A stretch of DNA of 41,537 nucleotides. It comes from Phycisphaeraceae bacterium. GTDB lineage: Bacteria; Planctomycetota; Phycisphaerae; Phycisphaerales; Zrk34. The notes beneath the pieces were generated by a model. It had not been told where the DNA came from and did no database searches. It saw only the letters and a list, made by a program, of their open reading frames with translations. Position numbers and translations under genes: made by a program. The stretch's first letter is position 1, and the number at the start of each line of letters is the position of its first letter. Of the stretch, positions 7,726 through 15,957 are shown piece by piece. The stretch covers positions 1-41,537 of the forward strand of contig JBAYVY010000001.1 in NCBI GenBank assembly GCA_041674345.1, given 5' to 3'.

Positions 7726-9228
7726 ATGTCAATGCTCACGAACATTCTCTTGGTCATATGCGTTCTCCTGGCGGTTCTTCTGGTTGTCATGGTTTGGAAG
7801 TTACTGCAACGCCGATCCGACACATCGACGGGAGTTGACCTCGCGCCCAGATTCGACGAACTGGCAAAAGGGCTGGACCGTTCGGAAAAAACTTTGAAAG
7901 ATGAACTTTCGCGGAACCGTGAAGAAGCCGCAACCTCTTCACGCCAACTCCGGGAAGAGGTCAGCAAATCCATCGGCGGCTTGGTCGAAAGTGTGCTCGC
8001 TCAAATCCGGGCCTTCGGGGAGTTCCAAACCAAGCAATTGGAAATATTTGCGAACCAATTGAAAGAGACCGGGCAATTGACGGCGGAAAAACTCGATTCC
8101 GCCCGTACCGCCAATGCTGAACAACTAAAGAACTTCGGCGAAACACTTAATGGATTCCAGAAACAACAGCATGATGCTCTGGCCGCCCATATCAAGAATC
8201 TGACCGATGCCAACGAAAAGCGTTTGGAATCGCTGCGAGTGACGCTCGACCAAAGACTTCAGCAGATACAGGAAGATAACTCCAAGAAACTCGAAGCAAT
8301 GCGGGCCACCGTGGATGAAAAGTTGCAGGGAACCCTTGAAAAGCGATTGGGGGAAAGCTTCAAACTGGTCAGCGAGCGGCTTGAACTGGTGCATAAGGGA
8401 CTCGGCGAAATGCAATCGCTCGCCAACGGCGTCGGCGATCTGAAACGTGTGCTGACCAACGTCAAGACGCGGGGGAATTGGGGAGAAATCCAACTCGGTA
8501 CCTTGTTGGAGCAAATGCTGACGCCCGATCAATATGAGCAAAACGTGGCGACAGGTGACACATCCGAAAGAGTCGAATACGCGATCAAGCTGCCTGGAAA
8601 ACACGAACATCCCGGCGATTTCGTGTGGCTTCCCATTGATGCCAAGTTTCCGACGGAAAGCTACCAGCGATTGGTGGAAGCACAGGAAGCCGCCGATGTC
8701 GTTGCGACGGCGCTGGCCATGAAAGAACTGGAAGCGAGGGTCAAGGGGTGCGCCAAGGATATCTGCACCAAATACATCAACCCGCCCAAGACCACTGATT
8801 TCGGCATTATGTTTCTTCCAACGGAAGGTCTGTATGCGGAAGTTATTCGCCGCGCCGGACTGGTTGAATCCATTCAGCGGGAATACCGCATCGTGATAGC
8901 CGGTCCAACAACTCTAGCGGCTTTGTTAAACTCGCTGCAAATGGGGTTCCGAACACTCGCCATCGAAAAACGCAGCAGCGAAGTATGGGAATTACTTGGC
9001 GGAGTAAAAACTGAATTCGGAAAATTTGGAGATGTCATCGGAAACATCCAAAAGAAACTTTTGTCTGCATCCAATGAATTCGATCAAGTCGCAGTACGAA
9101 CACGTGCGATCAATCGCAAGCTGCGGGGCGTGCAACAACTGAATGACAATGAATCCTTGCAAATTCTTGGGGAAACCGACGGCATCGCAAGTGCGGAGGA
9201 TACGGATTCTGACGCCGGGGGCAATTAA
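7726..9228 (+). CDS. rmuC: DNA recombination protein RmuC
   Basis: 500 aa. N-terminal TM helix, long coiled-coil, then the conserved RmuC core (RGNWGEIQLGTLLEQ..., FVWLPIDAKFP, FGIMFLPTEGLY). Confidence 0.88.
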   Translation: MSMLTNILLVICVLLAVLLVVMVWKLLQRRSDTSTGVDLAPRFDELAKGLDRSEKTLKDELSRNREEAATSSRQLREEVSKSIGGLVESVLAQIRAFGEFQTKQLEIFANQLKETGQLTAEKLDSARTANAEQLKNFGETLNGFQKQQHDALAAHIKNLTDANEKRLESLRVTLDQRLQQIQEDNSKKLEAMRATVDEKLQGTLEKRLGESFKLVSERLELVHKGLGEMQSLANGVGDLKRVLTNVKTRGNWGEIQLGTLLEQMLTPDQYEQNVATGDTSERVEYAIKLPGKHEHPGDFVWLPIDAKFPTESYQRLVEAQEAADVVATALAMKELEARVKGCAKDICTKYINPPKTTDFGIMFLPTEGLYAEVIRRAGLVESIQREYRIVIAGPTTLAALLNSLQMGFRTLAIEKRSSEVWELLGGVKTEFGKFGDVIGNIQKKLLSASNEFDQVAVRTRAINRKLRGVQQLNDNESLQILGETDGIASAEDTDSDAGGN

Positions 9229-9239
9229 TTGCCCCCGCC
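9214..9239. repeat. 26-nt palindrome, copy A (GCCGGGGGCAATTAATTGCCCCCGCC)
   Basis: Perfect 20-nt core GGGGGCAATTAATTGCCCCC. Its central TTAA provides TAA stops for rmuC (+) and the phosphodiesterase gene (-). Confidence 0.95.
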
Positions 9240-10145
9240 GATGATCTGCGTCACCGGTTTGCCGTCGATGTTTTTATCGCAGGGGATGCGCATGAACCAA
9301 CACGCGGTGGCGAAGGTGTCTTCGGTGTTGACGATGAGTTTTTCGTCGAGGGTCAGGTCGTAGTCCGCTTTCACACCGGGGCCGGTGGCGATCCAGGGAA
9401 TGTGCCGGCTGCGGGGGTCGTCGGGGCCGTGGGTTTTGCCTTGCCCGCCGTGGTCGGCGGTAACGATGACGAGGGTTTGCGACAATACGTTGGCCTGTTT
9501 CATGGCGTCCAGCACGCGGCCCAATTGTTTGTCGGCGTTGGCGATGACCTGCAACTGTTCGTGCGACCCCCAGCCGAACTTATGGCCGAACGTATCGGCA
9601 TCGGGGAAGTGGACGAACAGCACCCGGGGCTGATGTTCGGCGATGACCTTGACCGCCGCGTCGCCGACTTCTTCGTCGCCGCCCTTGGTCTGATCGGGCA
9701 GGTAAACGAAGTCGAGGGTGCCGGGTTTGTTGAGGGCGGTGAACTTGGATTTACCGGCGATCATCGCGGTGGAGTAACCGGCTTTTTTCGCCAGTTCAAA
9801 CAATGTGGGAAACGCGGGGTATTTCAGTTCTTCGGCGGGGATGTCTTTGTTCCAGGTGACGCCGTGCCGTTCGGGCGTCACGCCGGTCAACATGCTGGTG
9901 TGCGAGGGCAGCGTGACGGACATGGCGGTGGTGCGTGCCCACATGGTGAAGGTTCCCTCGCGCATCAGGCGTCGGAGGACGGGGGTGTCGGCGCGCAGCA
10001 TCGCGTCGGGGCGCATGCCGTCGATGCTGACGATGAGAACGCTTCTGTTCGCCCCCGGAAGTTTGGGTTCGGCATCCTGCGCCATGAGGGAGGTGGTGAA
10101 GGTCAGCACCACCGCCGCCAGTAACATCGTGAATCGTTTGAGCAT
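9225..10145 (-). CDS. secreted alkaline-phosphatase-superfamily phosphodiesterase / nucleotide pyrophosphatase
   Basis: Trimmed to the ATG at 10145, giving signal peptide MLKRFTMLLAAVVLTFTTSLMAQD. Motifs SIDGMRPD, TLPSHTSMLTG, DTFGHKFG, TADHGG. Confidence 0.8.
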   Translation of the reverse strand: MLKRFTMLLAAVVLTFTTSLMAQDAEPKLPGANRSVLIVSIDGMRPDAMLRADTPVLRRLMREGTFTMWARTTAMSVTLPSHTSMLTGVTPERHGVTWNKDIPAEELKYPAFPTLFELAKKAGYSTAMIAGKSKFTALNKPGTLDFVYLPDQTKGGDEEVGDAAVKVIAEHQPRVLFVHFPDADTFGHKFGWGSHEQLQVIANADKQLGRVLDAMKQANVLSQTLVIVTADHGGQGKTHGPDDPRSRHIPWIATGPGVKADYDLTLDEKLIVNTEDTFATACWFMRIPCDKNIDGKPVTQIIGGGN

Positions 10146-10205
10146 GATGCCGCGCTCCTGTGAAGTCAATGGATATAGCATGGATATAGCATATCCAACT
10201 GTGCG

Positions 10206-11132
10206 GTGCGAAATGTTAGAATCTGGTTGAAACGCCTGTGGAGTATCGCATTGAAACTGCAATGTCCGGCCAAATTGAATCTCGCCCTGTCCACCGGCTC
10301 GCCGCGGCGGGGGCAATTAATTGCCCCCGCCCCCGCCCCCGGAAGCGCCGGATTTCACCCCATCGCGTCGTGGATGGTGACGGTGAATCTGTTCGACGAC
10401 CTGACGGTGGAACCAAGCGAGGGTGACAGCACGTTCGACATCGCGTGGGCGGACGATGCGCCGCAGCCGTCGCCGATCGACTGGCCGGTCGAGGAGGACT
10501 TGATCTTCCGGGGGCATCAGTTGATCGAGCGTCATGTCGGGCGGAAGTTGCCGGTGCGTGTGACGCTGCGCAAGCGCATCCCGGTGGGGGCGGGCATGGC
10601 GGGCGGATCGACGGACGGCGCGGGCATGTTGAAGGCGGTGAACGAGGTTTTCAATCTGCGATTGCCGCGACAAACGCTGATTGATTTCGCCATGCAACTG
10701 GGCAGCGATTTGGCGTTCTTTTTTACTTCCGGGGGCGCGTTGGTGACGGGGCGTGGTGAGGGATTGGAGCCGGTGCCGGCGAGGGCGATGGATTGGGTGT
10801 TGGTGTTGCCGCCGCTGCACTGCCCGACGGGAGCGGTGTATCGGAAGTTTGATGAGTTGTCGCCCTATGCGAAAGTGAACGAGCAAGCCGTGCGTGAGGT
10901 GATCGCGGGCCGGCGTGAGCCGTTCAACGATTTGGGAGCGGCGGCGCTGGCGGTGGAACCGCAACTGGCGGCGTTGCGTGATGAACTGCAAAAGAAATTG
11001 GGGCGCACCTTGCACATCACCGGCAGCGGCGCGGCGATGTTCATTGTGGCGCGCGATAGCAAGGATGCGACGCGGTTGGCCGCACAAATCACGGAAGTGC
11101 CGGTGCGTGTGGCGAGGGCGGGGGATTGCTAA
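10206..11132 (+). CDS. ispE: 4-diphosphocytidyl-2-C-methyl-D-erythritol kinase
   Basis: N-terminal PAKLNLAL, GHMP-kinase motif IPVGAGMAGGSTDGA, DLAFFF. GTG start at 10206 is uncertain. Carries an in-frame palindrome insertion. Confidence 0.85.
   Translation: MRNVRIWLKRLWSIALKLQCPAKLNLALSTGSPRRGQLIAPAPAPGSAGFHPIASWMVTVNLFDDLTVEPSEGDSTFDIAWADDAPQPSPIDWPVEEDLIFRGHQLIERHVGRKLPVRVTLRKRIPVGAGMAGGSTDGAGMLKAVNEVFNLRLPRQTLIDFAMQLGSDLAFFFTSGGALVTGRGEGLEPVPARAMDWVLVLPPLHCPTGAVYRKFDELSPYAKVNEQAVREVIAGRREPFNDLGAAALAVEPQLAALRDELQKKLGRTLHITGSGAAMFIVARDSKDATRLAAQITEVPVRVARAGDC
10306..10331. repeat. 26-nt palindrome, copy B (GGCGGGGGCAATTAATTGCCCCCGCC)
   Basis: Perfect palindrome inside ispE, read as RRGQLIAPA. 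Confidence 0.95.
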
Positions 11133-11188
11133 GCCGCAAGCGGCGGGAGGCGTTGAGGCAAGCCGTTCGCGGCATCAAGGGGAAATAT

Positions 11189-12160
11189 TTATGCGTGTTC
11201 GGTTTGGATAGCGGCGATGGCTTTGAGTTTGTCGGCGGAGCGGTATTTGAGTTCCTGGGGTTTGTTGTAAACGAAGTGGCCGGGCGGGACGGAGGCGGTG
11301 AGGAACACGCCGCCGCCGATGACGCTGCCTTTGCCGATGATGGTTTTGCCGCCGAGGATGGTGGCGTTGGCGTAGATGACCACGTCGTCTTCGAGTGTGG
11401 GGTGGCGTTTGGCGCCGCGTGAGGACTGGCTGAGGTTGGCGGCGGGCGCGCCGATGGTGACGGACTGATAGATTTTGACGCGGTTTCCGATGACGGAGGT
11501 TTCGCCGATGACGACGCCGGTGCCGTGGTCGATGAAGAAGGATTCGCCGATGGTCGCGCCGGGGTGGATATCGATGCCGGTCAGGGAATGTGCGTGTTCG
11601 TTGAGGATGCGCGGAATGAGCGGCACGCCGACGGTGAACAGTTCGTGAGCGACGCGGTGGACGAAGATGGCGAACACGCCGGGGTAGCAGAAGATGGCTT
11701 CATCGGTGTGGCGGCAGGCGGGATCGCCGTCGAACGCGGCCCGGACGTCGAGGGACAACAGGCGGCGAAGTTCGGGTACGCGATGAATGAACGCATCGGT
11801 GATGCGACGGGCTTTTTCGGTGCATAGGTCGCAGGCGTCGCCGTGGCCGGCCTGTTCGAGATTCTCGGCGTAACGCAGGGCCTCGTCGATCTGCTTTTCC
11901 ATCAGGTCGCGGACCTGCTGGAGCAGTTCGCCGAGGTGGAAGGCGATGTTGTCGCTGGTGAGACGGCGATCGCAGAAGAAGCCGGGAAAGATGAGGTCGC
12001 GCACCAGATCGAGCAAGGCGATGGCCTGGTGGCGCGAGGGGAGGAACGTGGCGTCGATGTGTTCGAGGCGAAGGTCGGCGTGGTAACTGGCGAGGATGGG
12101 GCTGACCAGTTCGTCCAGATGCGGACGCGGGGCGGATGGCTTGGAATGCGAAGCGTTCAT
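11189..12160 (-). CDS. cysE: serine O-acetyltransferase
   Basis: Trimmed to the ATG at 12160. Motifs DPA..., YPGVFAIFVHRVAHEL and TGIDIHPGATIGESFFIDHGTGVVIGETSVIG (hexapeptide repeats). Confidence 0.85.
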   Translation of the reverse strand: MNASHSKPSAPRPHLDELVSPILASYHADLRLEHIDATFLPSRHQAIALLDLVRDLIFPGFFCDRRLTSDNIAFHLGELLQQVRDLMEKQIDEALRYAENLEQAGHGDACDLCTEKARRITDAFIHRVPELRRLLSLDVRAAFDGDPACRHTDEAIFCYPGVFAIFVHRVAHELFTVGVPLIPRILNEHAHSLTGIDIHPGATIGESFFIDHGTGVVIGETSVIGNRVKIYQSVTIGAPAANLSQSSRGAKRHPTLEDDVVIYANATILGGKTIIGKGSVIGGGVFLTASVPPGHFVYNKPQELKYRSADKLKAIAAIQTEHA

Positions 12161-12222
12161 GGGGATATGGTATGCGGAGAAATGCCCCATCACCAATTTC
12201 CAATGACGAAAACTTCGCAGTC

Positions 12223-12265
12223 CACCACGGCCTGCCGCCGAAGGCGGCGCCATTCCGTGCTTGAG
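12223..12265 (-). promoter_or_regulatory. conserved leader stem-loop motif, copy 3 (upstream of cysE)
   Basis: The minus strand reads CAAGCACGGAATGGCGCCGCCTTCGGCGGCAGGCCGTGG. Outer stem CACGG/CCGTG, inner stem GCCGCC/GGCGGC. About 63 nt upstream of the cysE ATG. Confidence 0.55.
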
Positions 12266-12300
12266 ACCGGAGATGGGTCATTACCCGGATGGCCAAGCGA

Positions 12301-12473
12301 ATCGCGGGCGAGCCAGGCGGAGTTTGCTCGAACCCCAGTAACAGGTGGGTGCGTCAAGTCCTGTCCGGGCCTTCCACTCGTAGGTGGCTTGACCGTCGCA
12401 GGTCTTTGGACGCTCCCTGGGGGTCCTTATCGGTTCGAGCAATAAATGTCCGCGACTGGCTCGAACCCGCGAT
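12301..12473. ncRNA. candidate structured RNA or MITE-like element (unclassified)
   Basis: 31 bp of nested long-range pairing: 12301-12308/12466-12473, 12310-12316/12456-12462, 12317-12321/12449-12453, 12324-12334/12432-12442. An alternative 9-bp helix is 12432-12440/12459-12467. Strand undetermined. Confidence 0.35.
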
Positions 12474-12635
12474 CGTTCAGCAACCGACGGTTACTGCACC
12501 CACATTATACCTCATGGGAAAAGCGAAGCGTGAAAAATCCGTTTGTTCATGAAAATGTTTGTCGTCCCCGACCCGCCGGTTGACACGCGGCGTAACCGGC
12601 AGATAATGAAAAGAACACTTGAAAGGCAGGCCCCC

Positions 12636-12893
12636 ATGAAGTATGTTCTGACGTTCGTCGTACTGGGTATCGCGGCTCTGACGCTCACCGGCTGCAATGA
12701 CATCACCGCCGATTCCATCCGATCCGATCTGCCCAAGGATTTGCACACGCCCGGCGAAACCAAGGGCCAGGTCGATAATCGCGTCGCGTTCACTTCCACG
12801 GTGAACCTGCGGAACTTCAACCAGGACATGCTGCGATTCATGCTGATGGACCGCCCCAGCCGCTCCATCGACTATCCAAGCATCGGCGAATAA
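12636..12893 (+). CDS. small lipoprotein, function unknown
   Basis: Internal ATG at 12636 gives MKYVLTFVVLGIAALTLTGC, with lipobox LTGC. Confidence 0.55.
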   Translation: MKYVLTFVVLGIAALTLTGCNDITADSIRSDLPKDLHTPGETKGQVDNRVAFTSTVNLRNFNQDMLRFMLMDRPSRSIDYPSIGE

Positions 12894-12895
12894 TC

Positions 12896-12988
12896 GCAAG
12901 ACAACAGAACAGCAAGACAACAGAACAGCAGAACATGCGCGAACAATGCCATGTTCTGCTGTTTTTCTTTTCTGATGTTCTGCTTTGC
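12896..12988. repeat. oligomer-built hairpin element (CAGAACA type)
   Basis: ACAGCAGAACATG / CATGTTCTGCTGT 13-bp core stem, flanked by (CAAGACAACAGAACAG)x2 and T-rich imperfect partners. Confidence 0.7.
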
Positions 12989-13014
12989 GGCCTGCCGCCC
13001 GGTACAATCCGGCC

Positions 13015-13800
13015 ATGATAGACGCATCACCCAGCACCCTCCGCATCGCGGCTTACAACATCCTCGAAGGCGGGATGGGCCGGCTTGATCCGATCGCCCA
13101 GACGCTGGGGACGTTGCAAGCCGATCTGATCGCGTTGATCGAGGCGAACGATCCGCGGGCCGTGGCATACCTGGCGGAATGCACGGGGATGCACCACGCG
13201 CTGGCCGAGTCGCCGACCGGGCGGTTTCACGTGGCGCTGCTGTCGCGGCATCCGATTCGTCAGATGCTGAATCTGGGCGTGAAACACCGCTCGCTCAGCC
13301 GGGCGGCGATGCTGGCGAATATCGAAGTACGCGGCCGGCCTCTTCGCATGGGCGTGTTCCATCTTCAATCGGGGCTGGGGCGGGAATGCGAGGATCAGCG
13401 GCTGAAGGAATTGGAGTGGTTGCTGCGCGACCTGGGCGACGGGGCGACGCCGACGGTGCTGGCCGGTGATTTCAACACCAACGCGCCGTGGCATCCGATT
13501 GACGTGGAGCGGGCCGAGCCGTCGGTGAGACGCCGATTGCGTGCCGACCCGGCGCTGGTGTGTCACGATGTGGTGGAACAGTTGACCGCGGCGGGCTGGG
13601 CCGAGGCGTATCACCGCGCGCACCCCGATCAGCCGGTGCATACCTTTTCGACGGGCTTTCCCTCGACGCGGCTGGACTACATTTTCGCCGATCACACGCT
13701 GGCCGACCGCGTCACCGGCGCGGGCGTGGAGACCCGCGGTTTCGCCCCCTATTGCTCGGACCATTTCCCGCTTTATGCGGACCTGAAATGGGAGGAATAA
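13015..13800 (+). CDS. endonuclease/exonuclease/phosphatase (EEP) family protein
   Basis: LRIAAYNILEGG, DLIALIEAN, LAGDFN and SDHFPLYADL are EEP catalytic motifs. Start set to the ATG at 13015. Confidence 0.8.
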   Translation: MIDASPSTLRIAAYNILEGGMGRLDPIAQTLGTLQADLIALIEANDPRAVAYLAECTGMHHALAESPTGRFHVALLSRHPIRQMLNLGVKHRSLSRAAMLANIEVRGRPLRMGVFHLQSGLGRECEDQRLKELEWLLRDLGDGATPTVLAGDFNTNAPWHPIDVERAEPSVRRRLRADPALVCHDVVEQLTAAGWAEAYHRAHPDQPVHTFSTGFPSTRLDYIFADHTLADRVTGAGVETRGFAPYCSDHFPLYADLKWEE

Positions 13801-13900
13801 TGTGCGATGTTCAATGTTCAATGTGCGATGGTGCAGAGGCGAATCCGGAATCGCACCGCTCCGCATCACATCGCACATCGCACATTGAACATCGCACATT
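13798..13900. repeat. hairpin element, ATGTGCG/ATGTTCA family, copy 2
   Basis: Arms AATGTGCGATGTTCAATGTTCAATGTGCGATG and CATCGCACATCGCACATTGAACATCGCACATT. The left arm includes the TAA stop of the EEP gene. Confidence 0.85.
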
Positions 13901-13943
13901 CCCCTCAAGTTCCCCCTTCCAAGGGTCGATAACAGCCCTAGCG

Positions 13944-14783
13944 ATGACCATGACCATCGACAGTTTGCCCGCGGACTGGCTTTCGCTGGTCGCCGATACG
14001 GAGCGGCGAAACGGCACGGTCGAACTCTGCCCCGACCCCGATCACTACGACACCCACTTCTGCCAGGTCAACATCCACAAAGTGCGACTGCTCTACCTTC
14101 AGGACCGACGCTGGATCATCGAGCGGCCGTTCTCCCTCAAGGGCCAGCCCGCCATCACGCGCGACATGCACCTGCTGGGCATTCTCGGTTCCGGCGCGCA
14201 CCGCTGGAGCTTCCGCACCACCGTCGAGGCGGTCGTGCGATTCAAACTCAACGACACGCAGACCGTGGCGGCCCTGCGGCTGTCCGCCCCGACCGATGTG
14301 CAGTCCGCGCAACGCCGGGCGTTTTTCCGGGTCCATCTGCTGGCGGCGAACATCCCCGATGTCACGTGCTGGCCGCTGCTGGATTTGTCCAGCGCGATCG
14401 AATCCGAAAAGGCCGACGAACATCTGCATCGTGAAGGCGAACTTCCCTCGCCCCGTCCGCTCCCGCCGACCACCGATCAGCCGTTCACCGCGCCGCTCAA
14501 TGACCTCAGCGGCAACGGCGTGTCGATCCTCGTCGATGATGAACACCTCAAAAAACTCGAGCAAAATCCGCTGCTCTGGCTGAAACTTGATCTGCCCGAT
14601 CTGTCGCATCCGCTGATGGTGGTCGCCCGCTACGTGCGGCAGCAGCCCGACGCCGTGGGTCGCCGCGTGGTCGGGCTAACCTTCCAGTTCCGCCACAATC
14701 GCAGCCACGAATCATTCATCAACGATCAAATCTGCCGCTGGGCCGCCGCCGAGCAACGCCGACAACTCCATCGCCCCCGCTGA
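13944..14783 (+). CDS. PilZ-domain (YcgR-like) c-di-GMP binding protein
   Basis: In-frame ATG at 13944. QRRAFFRV ... DLSGNGVSI matches the PilZ RxxxR / D-x-S-x-x-G motifs. The N-terminal domain is of YcgR-like size. Confidence 0.7.
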   Translation: MTMTIDSLPADWLSLVADTERRNGTVELCPDPDHYDTHFCQVNIHKVRLLYLQDRRWIIERPFSLKGQPAITRDMHLLGILGSGAHRWSFRTTVEAVVRFKLNDTQTVAALRLSAPTDVQSAQRRAFFRVHLLAANIPDVTCWPLLDLSSAIESEKADEHLHREGELPSPRPLPPTTDQPFTAPLNDLSGNGVSILVDDEHLKKLEQNPLLWLKLDLPDLSHPLMVVARYVRQQPDAVGRRVVGLTFQFRHNRSHESFINDQICRWAAAEQRRQLHRPR

Positions 14784-14857
14784 TGCGCATTGCGGTATGC
14801 GTCCTGCGTCCTGCGTTGGGAACGATTTCCCGCAAACCGCATCCCGCATCCCGCGAT
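14783..14857. repeat. oligomer-built hairpin element (GCATCCCGCA type), copy 2
   Basis: TGCGGTATGCGTCCTGCGTCCTGCGTTGGGAA ... TTCCCGCAAACCGCATCCCGCATCCCGCGA, between convergent genes. Confidence 0.65.
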
Positions 14858-14862
14858 GATTG

Positions 14863-15765
14863 TTACACCCCCCACTCCGCCCGCGCCGCCTCCATCGTCT
14901 TCATCTTGCCCGGTTCCTTCCCCCACGCATAATGTCCCTTCGGCTGATCCCCCATCCACCGTTCATCCGCCTCATCCCCTGCCGGCTGATACCGCACATC
15001 GCAGCTCAATCGAAAACGGTTCGTCAGGTTCGTCGTCGAGGCGTGCATCTCGTACATCCCGAAAATCATCACGTCCCCCATCCGAAAGTTCGTCGTCGCC
15101 CACTGTCCGCCGAACTTCTCCGTGATCTCCATCGGCTCCTTCGTGAACCATCCCTCCACCAGATCCCGGTCCACATCCATCCGACCGTAAGTCCGCCTCA
15201 GCTTCTCAAACTCCGCCGCGCTGTGCGACCCCACGCACATCGCCAGCGTGCCCTGCTCCACATCCATGTCCCCCATCGGTATCCACGTCGTGTGAAGCCG
15301 ATCCGATCCGCGACCCATATAGACAATGTCGTAATGCGCCCCGGTGTATTCCTCGTTGCCCACCGCGCGCAGCCACTTGTAATTGAACGTCTTCGCCGGC
15401 TCCCCGAACAATCCGCCGAACAACTCGAATAGTTCCGGCGCCTCCAGCACCCGCGACACCTTCGGGTCGTTCACGATCCCCTTGCGACCCATCATGCCGA
15501 CGTTCTTCCCCCCCGCCGGCATCACGCCCTCCAGCACCGGCTGCCCCGGCACCAGCGCCTGCTGCGCCGCCAGATGCCGCATGATCGTCGCCCGCGCCTC
15601 CATCACCGCGTCCCGATCAATCAACCCTCGCAAGAACAAAAATCCGTCACGGTCCAGCCGCGCCCCCAACGCCCCCGCGTCATGCAGCACATCATTGCTG
15701 TCGCGCAACTCCGTCAACTGCTCGCTCGGAAACTCCATCTCACGATGACCAAATCGAACCTTCAT
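14863..15765 (-). CDS. phytanoyl-CoA dioxygenase (PhyH) family Fe(II)/2-oxoglutarate oxygenase
   Basis: Trimmed to the ATG at 15765 (MKVRFGH...). GAHYDIVYM ... MHASTTN ... RLSCDVRY is consistent with a PhyH-type H-x-D...H facial triad. Confidence 0.75.
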   Translation of the reverse strand: MKVRFGHREMEFPSEQLTELRDSNDVLHDAGALGARLDRDGFLFLRGLIDRDAVMEARATIMRHLAAQQALVPGQPVLEGVMPAGGKNVGMMGRKGIVNDPKVSRVLEAPELFELFGGLFGEPAKTFNYKWLRAVGNEEYTGAHYDIVYMGRGSDRLHTTWIPMGDMDVEQGTLAMCVGSHSAAEFEKLRRTYGRMDVDRDLVEGWFTKEPMEITEKFGGQWATTNFRMGDVMIFGMYEMHASTTNLTNRFRLSCDVRYQPAGDEADERWMGDQPKGHYAWGKEPGKMKTMEAARAEWGV

Positions 15766-15787
15766 GGCACATCTCCTGCCGCTCGCG

Positions 15788-15834
15788 GCTCCAAGCACGG
15801 GATGACGCCCCGTCTTCGGGGCGACAGACCGTGG
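15788..15834 (+). promoter_or_regulatory. conserved leader stem-loop motif, copy 1 (upstream of the AraC-family gene)
   Basis: GCTCCAAGCACGGGATGACGCCCCGTCTTCGGGGCGACAGACCGTGG. Outer stem CACGG/CCGTG, inner stem CGCCCCG/CGGGGCG. Confidence 0.55.
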
Positions 15835-15957
15835 CTGATGTTGATGTTGTCCTTCACACTTGAGGCACTCCCATTCTCCCCCACACCCCGCCCCCAGGCC
15901 ATAGACGCCCCATCGCAAAACTTGTACGATTTGGCAATCCACGCGGAGCCACCCCCT

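Noticed and set aside
12301-12473. Tested the structured element as tRNA, tmRNA, SRP RNA or RNase P RNA
   Set aside because: There is no cloverleaf or proper T-loop context despite GGTTCGAGC. There is no SRP GGAA-tetraloop domain IV motif. The resemblance to the RNase P GAGGAAAGUCCGGGC box is only partial (GUGGAAGGCCCGGAC), the ACAGAACCCGGCUUA box is absent, and the length is too short. It is kept only as an unclassified candidate.
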